A DNA stretch of 62,840 nucleotides, filler included, from Stramenopiles sp. TOSAG23-3 (lineage: Eukaryota), in NCBI GenBank assembly GCA_900128585.1. It is 7 parts of 7 records of this genome, joined end to end, with 100 filler letters (N's around TTAATTAATTAA, not from the genome) between each part and the next. Parts side by side here need not be neighbours in the genome. Positions count along the whole stretch, not along the records: positions 14,323 to 28,504 come from LT642582.1; positions 28,605 to 42,779 come from LT642583.1; 5 more parts are not named here. One strand, 5' to 3'. Positions 22,146 through 35,100 of the stretch are shown one piece after another. Made by a program: the position numbers and the translations under genes. Under the pieces are notes generated by a model. The model ran no database searches. It worked only from the letters and a program-made list of their open reading frames with translations, and was not told where the DNA came from. Each line of letters starts with the position of its first letter. The stretch's first letter is position 1.

Positions 22146-23639
22146 GTTATGTTGGTCGAAGTCAATCGCGTTACCTACCGTACGAGGAGAAACAATGAAA
22201 AGGTTTCCTCTACCCGCTTCTCTTTAAAAAAAATTAAGATACTTCTTCCTTCTTTCTTTGTCTTCCCCCCTACTTCCTACCCCCCTACTGTTTGTTCCAT
22301 AATTTTTATATCTATATATTTTCTTTCTACCCGTAGTTTTCAAAAAAACGCGTGCGTTATTTTATTAGGTTATTAAATTTAAAAAAAAAAAATGTCGTCT
22401 TCTTCTTCTTTTCGGCGCATTTTTTTTTCTTTCTTCTTTCTTCTCCATCATCAATGTTGTATCGTTGGTATTAATACCAGGTACCGGTACCTGTCACCAC
22501 CATCGCCCACACCACCAAACCTGGTATAATACAATATTACCATACTTATAATTGACTATTGGAATAGGACTCATCGTAGTAATTAAAATGTGAAGTATTT
22601 CACTTTATTATATTTTACATAAATAACTAACTTCATAACTAAGAAAGAAAGAAAGAAAGAAAGAAAGATACAGATGATGAAAGAAAGAAAGATAATTAAT
22701 TACTATTGTATCGTACGTAGTGTAATACGTAATTAAAATACATTTTTAAATTTTTAGCTTCTTTTATTTAAATACAGGAGACAGGGTTAATATTATATAG
22801 TATTAATACTGTTCGTATTAAATAATACGTTTTACTTTAAACTGTACTTGTATTTAATTTTAACAATACTGTAGCTTTTCATTCATTTCCTATCTATTTT
22901 TATTAATAGACCTACTTCTAACCCTACCTCATTCACTCCCTTCATCACGCACAAGTTCATTAAAATATTTATGTGAATAATAGGATAATTATACTTAGTA
23001 GTATACAATTCCCCTAGAAAGATATGAAGGAAGGAAGGAAGGAAGGAAGGAAGGCAGGAACCGCAGCGGCACGCCCGCACGCATAGCATAGAATAGCATA
23101 GTCTATAAATAATAATATAATAATATAATAGAATAAAATTAAATATAGAATCTGTTTAATAATTGATAATCATAGTGTCTTCTTCTATATGGTGGATAGG
23201 AAAATTTCTTCATCATCGAAAAGAAAAGTTCGTATGATACGATACGAATGAGGGTATGCGTTACACACTTCTTACATGGTGGTGCGGTTTAATTTTCACA
23301 AAAAATTGCAAGATCGGAAATTCCAGATTTTTTACACATACGGTGCGTCTAGAGGGAGAGAGGAAGGGAAGAGATTGGTTTGATTAATTCAGTTGACAAA
23401 AAGCGATTGGGTGGTGGGTGCGGTGCGTTCGGGTAGAAAGTCTTGCGTTCGGGTAGGGCCGCATCGGGGCGCGTAGAGAAGTGTTGTGATCTTTATTATA
23501 TGAAATTGAAAAATATCAAATCAAATCTTTAAAGCTTCTGATGCCATGCCGACAAAATACGAATTGCCTTTCACCGGAAACACAGGCGCAATAAAGCTTC
23601 GTGGTAAATATATGCAAACGCTTGCCAACCTCATCCGCG

Positions 23640-24160
23640 TTAGCACGCGAAATCGGAGGTCCATTTCTTTGCAGTTTCGTCGTACTTCTTCTTGTTGTCC
23701 TTAAAAAGAGCAGCTGCATCCGGCTCCAAGGCGTTGTCTGGGTTCGGCTCCGTCAGCATTTGCTTCAACGCTTCCAGAACGTACCGGGTGTTTAGTGTTG
23801 GCCCCCAGTTTTCGTTGAGCAAGTCTGCACAAATTTCACCAGTCTTTTTGATGTTTGGGTGGTAAATCTTCGTCAAGAACTTGACCTTCGGAGGCTTGAA
23901 CGGATACTCCGCTGGGAACACCAAGTCGACGTTGAACACGCCGCCGTCGTACGGGGTGTCGGCTGGGCCCATCAACATGGCGTTCCAGTGCAGAAGATCA
24001 TCTCCTACAGGACCTGCTGTCGCAAAGTCAGTTGGGTTCGCTTGCAAATCAGCGAGTTCCTACGTTTGAAAATAAAAGGAGGTTAGCGCGGGCGGGGGAG
24101 CAAGAAGAGGCGACGAAAACATGGCATTTGCAAACTTACTTTGTTCAAACGGCGAGCCAT
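23640..24160 (-). CDS. Ubiquitin-conjugating enzyme E2 (Ubc4/UBE2D-like); exons 24160-24140 and 24059-23640
   Basis: Spliced product MARRLNK|ELADLQ...YPFKPPKV.FLTKIYHPNI...ICADLL, containing the HPN motif and catalytic Cys. Confidence 0.95.
24060..24139 (-). other. 80-nt GT-AG spliceosomal intron
   Basis: 5' GTAAGT, branch point GCTAAC, pyrimidine tract, TAG acceptor. Removal restores the conserved E2 N-terminus in frame. Confidence 0.92.
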
Positions 24161-25182
24161 CGGTAATAAATTCGGGGGTTACTAAGATCTTTCTAACAAA
24201 CTTGGATGAAGTTACTTTACTGAATAAATGAATAGTATAGTCTCCCTTTCTTCTTTTTTTATTGTCGTTTCTGTGACACACAAACAGTTAAACTCTTCAT
24301 ATCAATCAATACTTCTCCCTTTATAATAATAATACGCACTCTATAATAAAAAAACATTCATCTAAATTCTACTAAAATGATGAAGAATGAATAATAAATA
24401 AAAAAACGAAAAAAAAAAAAAGAAAAGATAATTGATAGAAGAAGAAATTATTAAAATAAATAAAATAAAATGTGACTGTATGTTAGTTGTTATTGTATTT
24501 CTTCTTCTTCTTTCTTTCTTTCTTTCTTCTTCGGACCCGCCTTCTTCTTCTTTCGGCTGGGGAAGAACACCGAGCTAGCAGCAGGCAGCAGGATGGACTT
24601 ATGTAATAAATATACGTAGCTATTTTATTAGACGACTATGGGGGGACGGAGATTTTAAAAAACTACACAGCAAATAAAATTATATTTTTAAACATCTTTT
24701 TCTTTTTGTAGTTTAAGTGCTATTATGCGTAGTATGTATATATTGAAAAATATACTATTTAAATATGTATACTATTATTTAATTAAGTATAATTAAACAT
24801 ATAATATTATACAAATGAATTATATTTATTCCTTAAACTATTTGTTGGTGTTGTTTTGAGTTTTGTTCCCCATCCACAGTCGCGTCCACAGTGGTGGTTT
24901 CAAATGTAGTACCTTCTCCTCATGATTTACATCGTCTAATAAATTGAACATTTATTAGCTTTTTCCCCTTTTTATTCTTTTGTAAATCGAAAAGTTTAAG
25001 AGAAAAGAGTTCCTCTGATCTCGTGTTTGTTCGCAAAAACATTTTTCATCAAAAGACACTACTAGTTTTATTTATAATTATTATTTTAGAAAAATTTCCC
25101 GTGCGTCGATTGCTGGCGTCTTCCGTTTTCCCCACCCCCAGTCTCCTTCGTTTCTTTCTTCCCGCAACCGCTGTTCACATGC

Positions 25183-26067
25183 TCAAAAGAAGGTTTCGTA
25201 AATTGTCCAGGTGATGGCAGTCGACAACGGGCGCTTCAGGACCCTCAAAAATAAGCCACGAGTAAACCCAATGCTTCCCTCGGTTGAAAAAATGCTCCTA
25301 AAGTATGCCCTTAATTCCCCTGTAAGTCTAGTTTGCTGCTGTATTTGCATTCTAGTCTTGATGACGTCGAACGGGTGGGTCATTAATGTAGCGATCGACC
25401 CGGCAGCCAGGCCTATCCCAAAATTCAAGGTGGGCGGAATGGCAGCCTGGTCTTTCTTTACCATCCCTTGAAGGCTCTTGTAAAGCGCAAAGTATGTCCC
25501 CGAGTAGGGGACATCTCGCATCAGCGTCGGAAGAAATCCACTATAGAGTCCCCGGACACCTTCTTGACGAAAAATCTTCAAAACTCCGTCAAAAGTATTT
25601 CTGTACGAGTGGGTCTTGCTCACTTCAAACCGGGTCTTCACCACCGTTACCGGGAGAGTCACGCTTGTCGCCACCGTTCGCGCCAGGCAACCGACCAGAA
25701 AGCTTTGCGACGGTAAAATCGTGGCTGCCAAGTGCCCCCCCGCCCCCGTCCCGTTTATCCTCCTTGCTTTCTCACAAAAATAGTCAAGGCTGCAGAAATA
25801 AATCCCTACCCCATAGCATACCCGCGACAGGCTCGGACCAACGCCTTTCCACAGGGCACTCGCACCCTCGTTCTTTACCACTCTACGTACAAGCGTTGAC
25901 ACCCTTAGCACCGCGTTCCCATTTTTCATGTAATGATACTGATGGCGGGACTTCAAAAAGTCTAATGGTTGGAGCAACACTGCCGCCACACCACCGGCAA
26001 AGCCGCCTTTCAAAAACTTTCCCCCCTTATCGCCAACATACGCAGCAGCGTTGGACTTGGTATCCAT
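25183..26067 (-). CDS. SLC25A38: Mitochondrial carrier, SLC25A38/Hem25 (glycine carrier)-like
   Basis: Three Px[DE]xxKxR-type motifs (QPLDFLKSR, LPVTVVKTR, HPFDVIKTR); subfamily-like RDVPYSG and C-terminal RVLKRPLSTAITWTIYE. Confidence 0.85.
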   Translation of the reverse strand: MDTKSNAAAYVGDKGGKFLKGGFAGGVAAVLLQPLDFLKSRHQYHYMKNGNAVLRVSTLVRRVVKNEGASALWKGVGPSLSRVCYGVGIYFCSLDYFCEKARRINGTGAGGHLAATILPSQSFLVGCLARTVATSVTLPVTVVKTRFEVSKTHSYRNTFDGVLKIFRQEGVRGLYSGFLPTLMRDVPYSGTYFALYKSLQGMVKKDQAAIPPTLNFGIGLAAGSIATLMTHPFDVIKTRMQIQQQTRLTGELRAYFRSIFSTEGSIGFTRGLFLRVLKRPLSTAITWTIYETFF

Positions 26068-26684
26068 TCAAAACCCACAGCAAGGGGACAAAGACCACGA
26101 GTAAATTTACCTCTACAACGTAACCCCCCGCCCCCAATAATCCAAAGTCTTCGCAAACGCAATCAATACAAACAACCGGGTAATTCTAAAGTACAAAACA
26201 AACGCACTGAAGAACAAACAACAAATATGAACCTTTATAGATTCAAATCAATTAATCTGCATCAACATTGTAATTAAGTAGACTATTAATTATTGGAATT
26301 ATAGATATTTATATTTTTAATTTTATTAGAAGAAAGACACGACGACTATTTATTATTATTATTTATTATTATTATTAATATTTAAAATACTACTTATTTA
26401 TTACTAGACGACTAGCATACTCTAGCAGCATGCATCTTCTTCTTCTGCTAAAAAAATTATAATTCAAATTAATAATAATTTTATTTATTAGGAACTATTA
26501 TTATAAAAAATACTTTGTACGGTACCTTGTCGGTCGGAGGAGGGTTAAATAAGTCAAGAGAAGAAAGAAAAATTATCCGAACTATTTACTTTTTTTTGAA
26601 TTGCCATGATTTTTTACATAGAGGGAAAGGAAAGTCAAAGGTTTTGTGTTTCTTTGAAAGCACGCCCGTTCGTTGCGTTTCGTA

Positions 26685-28106
26685 ATGTCTCATTTGGGCC
26701 TCAAGGCAGGAGCTGTTGTTCGGGTAAAGTATGACTATAAGGCAACCTCTGTAAATGCTTTGAATTTGAAGAAGGGGGAATATTTAGTGGTCATGCGTAC
26801 TAAAGGGGAGGATGAAAACACGGAAACCCCCACGTCAAATGCACCTGTTTGGGTCGCAGGCTGTAAAGTTGGCGGCGAGTCTGGCTATTTTCCTTCCAAC
26901 TATGTTGAAATAATAGGGGGACCGACCGCCAACACGGAGGAGAACATAGAGGAGTCGAGCGCACCCATAGAGGGCGTTCCATCTTCGAATGATTCGGACA
27001 GGGACCAACCAGCAGTAGAGTCGACCAACGTGGAAACGAATGAAAGAAATAGTGGTGCCTCCGACGCAGTCGCTTCAAACGCAAGAGTAGCGCAGGAGGA
27101 AACCCGAGTGGAAGAAGAGAATAACCATGGTGGGCCTAAAAGTGTGAAGAAAAAGAAGTTACAGCCGAGGCCTGGTTTTGAATCAAGTCATATAAAGGAT
27201 TGGCTTCGTCATCAGATAGAATTCGCCGTATTGTCCGGAAACATGTTGCAGTTGGAGCTAGCGTTTAGTGTACGCAAGCAGGTCATGCGAAGTCATTCAG
27301 AAGCGGAGATGGCTGTCCTCCGCAACAAACTTGAACTTGAAAGAAAAGTTCGCCTGCTACTGTCCAGTCCCGCAAGGAACGTTAGCTTGGACACCGTTGC
27401 TGCCGCGTTGAAAGAAGGAAGCGGCTTGAACCACCGGTCCGCGCAAATGAAGAATTTAAGAAGCTTCAACGAGATATTGCAAAACAAAAATTTTCTGGCC
27501 ATGTTTGAGTCGCTGCGAGCACCGATGTTGGCTATTCCAACCATACAGGCTGCGAAAAGGGACCAAGTCCGTTCTATATTAAAAGAGAACAACTTGTCCC
27601 AGTTTGTCGCAATGTCAGTGCCAATTAATGTACAGGGCATTTTGTCTCAGCTGGGCAAGCTTAATTCTATATACGCTCGAGTGTCCCCGTCGATTATATT
27701 GCTCTTGAGTGAACATTTTGATGTTTGTAAACTGGTTCCACCGTGGACATTTTCTCAGTGCGAAAGCATCACGACCAAGGTCTTAACGTCGTACCAACAC
27801 TCGTTCAACAAAAGTATTGACAAATTTTTGCGCTTGTGCGAACCAAGCTACGTTGGAAGCAGAACAAGAAAATTGTCGCACCCACCTCCCACAGCAACAA
27901 CAGTAGTGGACGATCGAACAGGCAGTACAGCCAAAGAGAAAACCGCCAATCTGATACTGAAACTGCCCGCTCTAAAATTAAGCGAAGCCATTATTTTGCT
28001 GTTGGAGAGGGCCGTTTGCCAGGAGCCTGCACCCGGGCTGGCTCAATGCACGATAGCTTGTGCCGCGGACGAGACAAAAGTCATGAAATTTATTCAAGCG
28101 CAATAA
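26685..28106 (+). CDS. N-terminal SH3 domain protein; remainder unknown
   Basis: VKYDYKA....LNLKKGE...WVAG...GYFPSNYVE. Confidence 0.8.
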   Translation: MSHLGLKAGAVVRVKYDYKATSVNALNLKKGEYLVVMRTKGEDENTETPTSNAPVWVAGCKVGGESGYFPSNYVEIIGGPTANTEENIEESSAPIEGVPSSNDSDRDQPAVESTNVETNERNSGASDAVASNARVAQEETRVEEENNHGGPKSVKKKKLQPRPGFESSHIKDWLRHQIEFAVLSGNMLQLELAFSVRKQVMRSHSEAEMAVLRNKLELERKVRLLLSSPARNVSLDTVAAALKEGSGLNHRSAQMKNLRSFNEILQNKNFLAMFESLRAPMLAIPTIQAAKRDQVRSILKENNLSQFVAMSVPINVQGILSQLGKLNSIYARVSPSIILLLSEHFDVCKLVPPWTFSQCESITTKVLTSYQHSFNKSIDKFLRLCEPSYVGSRTRKLSHPPPTATTVVDDRTGSTAKEKTANLILKLPALKLSEAIILLLERAVCQEPAPGLAQCTIACAADETKVMKFIQAQ

Positions 28107-28429
28107 TTAAATCAAACCGGGTTGGTGTAAGAACAGTTGTCAAAAGCATAGCAAAGTGAGCATGAGAAGATTCACATTTTATTCGATCGGGAAAAAGAAT
28201 GACGGTCATTGGTGATATGAGTACCGTACGTAGATTATGAGTGAAAAGAATGAAGATTCTCCATTTTATTAAGTCAGATGTTGTAAATACCACAAATTAT
28301 AAACAAAACCTTCATTTATTTCTTCTTTTCTTTTTGTTGTTAATGCTACAACGATGTTATCATATGTACATGTGAATTGATAAATCTATTTGATGCTATG
28401 ATTATGCTATTAGTCGTTCTATAATCTCC

Positions 28430-28433
28430 TTCT

Positions 28434-28504
<71 letters not shown>
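28430..28504. repeat. (CTTT)n microsatellite at contig end
   Basis: Seen directly. Confidence 0.95.
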
Positions 28505-28605
28505 NNNNNNNNNNNNNNNNNNNNNNNNNNNNNNNNNNNNNNNNNNNNTTAATTAATTAANNNNNNNNNNNNNNNNNNNNNNNNNNNNNNNNNNNNNNNN
28601 NNNNC

Positions 28606-29481
28606 AGAGCCCAAGCGAAAGTTCCAGCAAATACTTGCGTCAGCAAAGATTACAAGTTAGGAAGAGACGTCTACAAGTGCAGCAATGAGGAACTGAAGTA
28701 CTGGTATGGCGATGGAAAAAGATGCGGGACATTTTCCGATCAGGTCAAAGGAGTTAACGTAATTTTGGATGCCGTCAAGAGAGACTGTGGAGGATATGTT
28801 GACTACGAAAAAGCCAACTGCTGGAAAAAAAAAACTGCTCCTAAATGCACATGGAAAGAGGAAGACGTTATCACAGGATGCACGGATAGCACCAAAAATC
28901 TGCCGCTCTGCACTGACCCCTCTCTCTATCTCAAGGGCGAAAAGGGCGTGATCTCGAGCACCGATTATCGCATCGGTCTGAAGTATACACTGGATAAGAA
29001 CAGCGGCACAAAGAGTGTGAGTGATACTATGGCCGACTACGAGCAGTGCGACGACGACTTTCACAAACGCCTTGTCGATTATGAAATCTATCGAAATTTT
29101 ACGTACAATGTACCAAGATATTGTATTTCTGATATTGACGGTGGGCGTGTGGACGTTTCTCTCGCAATAAGGGCCACGCGGGCTAGAGTCTTGTCTGCTG
29201 GGTTAGGGTTCCTTTATTTGCAACTGTTCGTTTCGATTCTGTCCCTTATTCATGGCGCATACTTTGGGTCAATGTATACAGACATGGAAATAAACATATG
29301 GAGCAAGAAGGAATCAAACCCATTCGCTTCTCGCCGACCATCTGTAACAAACCCATTGGCCGTTTTGAACCTGGAAACCCAGGGGGGAGATTGGGTTAAG
29401 ATGGTCGACCCCAATACTGGGGTGGAATCTTGGTACAATAGTAGGACGGGGGAAAGGTCCAATACACAACCTGAACGATAA
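28606..29481 (+). CDS. 5'-partial membrane protein: Cys-rich region, TM helix, C-terminal WW-like domain
   Basis: Frame open from the contig edge. Many Cys; TM LSAGLGFLYLQLFVSILSLIHGAYF; tail GDWVKMVDPNTGVESWYNSRTGERSNTQP. Confidence 0.75.
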   Translation, partial: RAQAKVPANTCVSKDYKLGRDVYKCSNEELKYWYGDGKRCGTFSDQVKGVNVILDAVKRDCGGYVDYEKANCWKKKTAPKCTWKEEDVITGCTDSTKNLPLCTDPSLYLKGEKGVISSTDYRIGLKYTLDKNSGTKSVSDTMADYEQCDDDFHKRLVDYEIYRNFTYNVPRYCISDIDGGRVDVSLAIRATRARVLSAGLGFLYLQLFVSILSLIHGAYFGSMYTDMEINIWSKKESNPFASRRPSVTNPLAVLNLETQGGDWVKMVDPNTGVESWYNSRTGERSNTQPER

Positions 29482-29711
29482 TGCAACTGTCATATGGGTG
29501 TTGTGATTTCGTTGAGCCTGTGTGTGCACATTAAATTCTTAAAGTCTTTTTTTCTGTATACGTGTGAGTAAACAAAATGATACGAGTTAAACGAGTCTTC
29601 TTGCAACAGAAGAATTAAGCTTTTTAATAGCTTCATAGATCTCATATAGTAGATCAAACTCTGAATGACGAACGGGCACTGTCAGAAATAGAATAATATT
29701 TGAGAATCACA

Positions 29712-29943
29712 AAGAAGAAAAGAAGAAAAGAAGAAGAAAAGAAGAAAAGAAGAAAAGAAGAAAAGAAGAAAAGAAGAAAAGAAGAAGAAAAGAAGAAAAG
29801 AAGAAGAAAAGAAGAAAAAAGAAGAAGAAAAGAAGAAAAGAAGAAGAAAAGAAGAAAAGAAGAAGAAAAGAAGAAAAGAAGAAGAAAAGAAGAAGAAAAG
29901 AAGAAGAAAAGAAGAAAAAAAGAAAAAAAGAAGAAGAAAGAAG
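29712..29943. repeat. (GAAAA/GAA)n purine-only microsatellite
   Basis: Seen directly; it produces spurious K/R/E and F/S/L ORFs. Confidence 0.95.
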
Positions 29944-30290
29944 GAAGGCTGCTATTATTACAATTTTTATACTAGCTACGTACGGGTACAATACCGGTAC
30001 CGAACAAGAAAAGTAGAAAGAAAAGAATGATTTACGACGAGGTAGGAGGAGGAGGGGAGAGGAGGAGATTTTGAATACGATCGAACAACAAACAAAGAAT
30101 TGAATCGAAAGAAATTCAAATGGTTTATGCTTTAATATTGACTCGACTCAATTTTCTAATATTAAGTATCAACCTCTTCTCCTTTTAGGCTAACGAAAAC
30201 GTGTTCGACAATCCATCTTTATTATCTCTTCTTCTTTTACCACTTTTCTTTGGAATCTGTTTTCGTTGACTCGTTGACACCACGTGCGTG

Positions 30291-31694
30291 ATGTCCGGTT
30301 TTGCGAACGGTGGCTCTGATGCGCAGTCTGAAAAAATGGGGAACTTCATGTCATTGACGGGTGCAGACAACTCCATCAGCCGACAGTTTCTTAAACAAAG
30401 CAACTGGAACTTGGAAAATGCATTGAACACATTTTTTGCCGTTGGAGGGGACCCCTCGAATCTTTCGTCCTCCTCCAGCTCCACTGCGGAAACCGAAACG
30501 GTGCGTGCCCCGATACCCTCCAAGCGCCAACGGTTGGTCGGTGGGCCGGACGATTTTTATGTACCACCGCAGTCTCGGGCAACCCGGAGATCTACGCGAA
30601 ACTCCTCCAACGCAGGCGGGAACGGCAGCGGAGGGAGACCGTTGAGGAGCTTTCGCCGGGAGGCCGAGCTGGGCGGCCGGCAAGCGAGGCAGCGAGCCGC
30701 ACGAGACCGCATTAGTGGGCGGGGCGGAGGGTCGGGCGGACCGGTGGACTTGAACGAACTCTTTGCCCCACCTGTGGACATATTGTTCAAGGGCACGTTC
30801 GAACAAGCAAGGCAGATGGCGATGGAGCAAGGGAGATGGCTGCTGATAAATATACAGGAGCAGAAAGAGTTCGCGTCGCACGCGCTGAACCGTGACGTTT
30901 GGCGCAACGAGACCGTAAGGGAGGTGGTCTCCTCTTCCAGTGTTTTTTGGATGGCTTACATGAAGGAAAATGGGGGAAAGCAGTACGCAAATTTGTACAG
31001 GGTCAAGACGTTCCCGCACGTGGCCATCGTAGACCCTCGCACAGGCGCCGAAGTGATGGTGATCCCAGTGAACAGGGACGTGGGCACTGCGGGAAAGGGC
31101 GCCGCAAAAATCTTCCTTCAAAAGTTTAAAGATTTTGTAGACCGGAACCCTCTGAATTCTAATAGCCCATTGCGCCGCAACGGGCCTGCGGGGCACAGCA
31201 GAGGCAGCGTCGGCGCGTCCGCAGCATCGGCTTTTGATCTGACCGGAGGCACTGCCAATGACCAGCAAGGGTTGGACCTGGGCGGAATGACGGAAGAAGA
31301 GATGCTGCAAGCAGCAATACGAGCGTCGATGGCGGATAGTGCGAGTGATGACAAAGTAGCTGGGGCAGAGAGCGACGAAGTCGCTGCCTCAAACGACAAC
31401 GACGCAAAAACAAGCGCCGCACGGTACGGCCCGAATCTACCAGAGCCAGACAGTGGAGCCCCTGGGACAACGACAATTGCGTTCAGGTTCCCAGACGGAA
31501 AGCGCATAAAGAGACGGTTTAGAGCGAGCGGGGATGTTCGTGGCCTCTTTGCATTTGTTCAAGAAAACGTCGATGAAAACATTTCGTTTGAAATTCGTAC
31601 AACGTACCCCCCGAAATCGTTAGCTGGCGTCTTGGAGCAGAGCATTACTGATGCCGGCATTTCTGGATCTTCGTTGATGGTCAAATATCTGTGA
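30291..31694 (+). CDS. UBXN7: UBX domain protein, UBXN7/Ubx5-like (UBA-UAS-UIM-UBX)
   Basis: UBA-like FMSLTG...NWNLENAL..FF; UAS LFAPP...WLLINIQ...EFASHALNRDVW...PHVAIVDPRTG; UIM TEEEMLQAAIRASM; UBX FRFPDGKR...YPP. Confidence 0.92.
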   Translation: MSGFANGGSDAQSEKMGNFMSLTGADNSISRQFLKQSNWNLENALNTFFAVGGDPSNLSSSSSSTAETETVRAPIPSKRQRLVGGPDDFYVPPQSRATRRSTRNSSNAGGNGSGGRPLRSFRREAELGGRQARQRAARDRISGRGGGSGGPVDLNELFAPPVDILFKGTFEQARQMAMEQGRWLLINIQEQKEFASHALNRDVWRNETVREVVSSSSVFWMAYMKENGGKQYANLYRVKTFPHVAIVDPRTGAEVMVIPVNRDVGTAGKGAAKIFLQKFKDFVDRNPLNSNSPLRRNGPAGHSRGSVGASAASAFDLTGGTANDQQGLDLGGMTEEEMLQAAIRASMADSASDDKVAGAESDEVAASNDNDAKTSAARYGPNLPEPDSGAPGTTTIAFRFPDGKRIKRRFRASGDVRGLFAFVQENVDENISFEIRTTYPPKSLAGVLEQSITDAGISGSSLMVKYL

Positions 31695-31864
31695 AGCAAG
31701 GGAAGACGAGCAGGTGCGAGCTTATTAGCGGTGCAAAAGGGAGGACGACGCATATACGTTTTTCGAGACTTTAATCTTTTTGGTTATAATGAAAAAAGCT
31801 TAATATAATATATATAGCAGATTCAAATGTTTAGTACATTAATTTTAATTATCATACTGTAAAT

Positions 31865-32075
31865 ACAGCCAATTTTCTTGTTTTAAATACTAATATATGC
31901 ATATCATCCGAACTTATTAATATCTCTACTGTTGTGATTTTAAATTTTAATAAAACAAGAAAATTGGCTGTTATATTAAGTAATTTTAAAATTAATGATT
32001 TTAATATATAATATGTTTTTTTTTATAAAAAGCAAGAAAATTGGCTGTTATTTATAAGTAATTAAATTTAGCTTC
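31865..32075. repeat. Cluster of the dispersed motif (one forward, two reverse) between convergent genes
   Basis: 31865-31880 forward; 31956-31974 and 32033-32051 reverse. Confidence 0.9.
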
Positions 32076-32159
32076 CTCATACCCTAATCCTAAACTATAT
32101 GTTTTTTTAGTTGTTGTTTGCAAATGTTTTATTCAAAAACCGGTAATTTGGAACGAAAC

Positions 32160-35100
32160 CTAATCAGCAGCAGGGTCTTGTCTGTAATAATCCAAGGTAT
32201 AGCGCAGCAGTGCGGCTCGTTTCCTCATATTGTCCAAGTCAGTACACTGGTGGCGCCCATTCGCTGGCCGGGACGAATCTAAGAAGGGGTACAAACTGTA
32301 GACCGCTTGAAGCTCTTTTCCCTCCCATTTTTCGTTGGGGGCGTTTTCCCCCATCGGGAAAAAGCGTGCCTTGTCTTCGTCGTTGTGAAGCGCAATATGC
32401 GCATGTATACAAAATGCTTCAAATCTGATTTTTGTCTTCCACTTACCAATATTGTTGTACATGGGGTCTTTCAGTGATCTAGTGGCAAAGCTCTCTATTG
32501 TTGTTTTTTCTTTACAGGAATCCTGAAACAGTAGCACGTGTTTAAGACATTTAAAAGCGAGAAAAACTATTTCCTCGCGGCCCACAGCCCCGTAGTAACG
32601 TTTCAACACTTTGACTACAAGTTGGACGCCCTTGAATTTGGTAAAGATTTTCGAGGAAAGAGTGGGCCGCGATAGCTTATAACCCAAGATTACAGCACGC
32701 AGATCAGATTTTGTCCGTGCACGTTTCATCACGTTCGCGTTTGTATGCTCGTACCTCAGCAACGCACTGAGGCACTGCAGGTGTTTTCGCACAACTCCGG
32801 GGTCTTTTATGTGCAAATTTAGAGCGCGAAGGACGATAAAAAACACGTTGCGAGACGCAAGGCGTTTCACTAGCCTGTTATCGTGGTGGATCAGGCATGC
32901 CAAGAAATCAGCGCCTAACATTTGTATTTTTCTACTTCTCCAGTGAGACTTGTGTTTTAAAACGTCCAACATAGTGGCGTATTCTGAACCGTTCATAAAC
33001 AAATTCACATTTACCAACACGAGTGAGCGAAGGGACTGGATGGCCTCGTAAATTACGTACTCGCTATTTATGTGCATGTTTATGACGCCCTGAACTTGTT
33101 TTGCAATATTGGCAGAAATCATTTTGCTTTGGAAGCTTCTCACTTTAAAAAGCGCTACTAGGCACCGACAAGATAGCGCCGCCGTCGATGCAGAAATCAT
33201 CTTCCTTGAACCCATCAACCGCTGCAAACGAAAGGCGGCACCATAACCCCACAGCAGCTGGTCCAGCCCTTGAAGATTAGCCAAACTCTGCATTGCCAGC
33301 AAGACTGCGTCCAGTGGGGTATTGCAAATGCGAAAAAGAGACAAAACCGTACAAATTACCCCCGTAGTTGCAAAGCATGCAAGGGCATGTCCTTGCCAAG
33401 CACCTTTGTCAAAGAGACTGCCCATTTCCTCTACAATGGACACTGCAAACATGTGCACGAGTTTGCAGTACGAATCTATGCACTCATGGACCAGTTCGGC
33501 CTGGGAAGAACTTTGAATGGACAGAAGCACTCCATTCGTGACTTTCCTTAATATTTGCTGCATCATGTGTGCATTGCCCAGAGAGCAGAGATTTGCCCGC
33601 GCAGCTTTGCACCTGAACAATCTCTCCAATGCAATAACAGATTCAGGGATGGCTTTGCAATCACGTTGCGAAACAGAATCTAGAGTATCCATGCACACGT
33701 CAACACAATTGGCTTTCACACACATAGTGCGGAGTGCATCTGAACTTCCAGTGCCACAAATGGTTTTGATCATTGCGCACGACCAGTACTTGAGGCCCTG
33801 GGATCTCTTGAGAAGTTGCAGCGAGAACCCTTCGCCTTCATCATTCAAATTTGTTTGTGGTATGGCAATCATTTGGTTGCATAGCCTTTCGCCCAAGTAA
33901 TGAAGCCTCTCCGAGTAGTTTTGCACAGCTACTACCAGGCAGTGAAATGCATGGGATTTAGCTTTAATTCTATGCACAGCATGGAGCACTCCGCCCAAAA
34001 CCTCTTTCCACAGCTTCGTCGTTCTAATGTATTCTTCATTTTCACCGTGCCTTTGGGGGTCGAAAAAGGGCTGGGGCTGCAGCCTGGGCTCGTTCGGGTT
34101 TGCCGAGACCCCGATGATATTCCACAGAGCAAAGCACGCGTTTTCTAGCACAAGCTCATGGTTTGAAAACTTGTGCAACATGGTGTCGATGATATACCGT
34201 TGGCAAAAGTTATCAGTCTTCAGACAATGCAGCCTTGATTGTGGCGTGCAAACGAATGTGCCAAGAGCATAGAATACATTTGCAACTACACACGGCCGCT
34301 TGTTCCCATGTCGCTCTAGCACACTCTTCCATAGTGCAACGAGGGAGTTGCAATTGTGTTGTTGTTCAATTGCGGCTTGGCGCCCAAACACAGTGGCAAA
34401 CGACTCCCATCCTTTGGTTTGAATACGCCAACTTTTCTCATTTACACGCATCGCCCCCACAAAGGCGCCAAAACCGTCCGCCCGAGTGTTGGGGGTGCTA
34501 TGCTCAAATACGTCCCCAACAAGTTTCATTACTTGGACCGTGTAATACACCGTGGCTTTTGAGTTTAGCGATTTTTTAATCACCATGACGCAGGCCTGAA
34601 ACATTTTGAATCTTGTCGAATTCTCGATGGGGCCGACGTTGCATCGCTGCATCGTTTTTAACAGGGAGCACGCAGCTGCCATGCAGAAATATCGTTTTGA
34701 GTTCATTCGTTTCGATGCAGCCGTGGACAACAAATGCATCAAAAAATTGATGGCTTCAAACAGGCTAGTGGTGGGTTTGTTCGGCAAGAATGCGATGATG
34801 CCAGAACCGTAGTGCTGAATCTCGATATTGTGTGGGAACTTTTGCAAGCACTTGAGAACGACGCTGTACATTCGGGTCGAGTGAACCGCAGTGAAAATCT
34901 GTTCTGGTTTGTTCTTCTCCACGGCCCGGAACGTAGCGCTTTCCCCCTCTTCCACGCAAAGCCGATCCAAGATTCGGTGAATCAATGCAAGGGCTACCCC
35001 GCAGTAAACGGCCCCGACACTGTCTCGATCCAGCGTTTCGAGCAGGCGTGGAAGCATCCGTACTACCTGCTCGCTATTCGGCAGTATCCATGGTGGGAAT

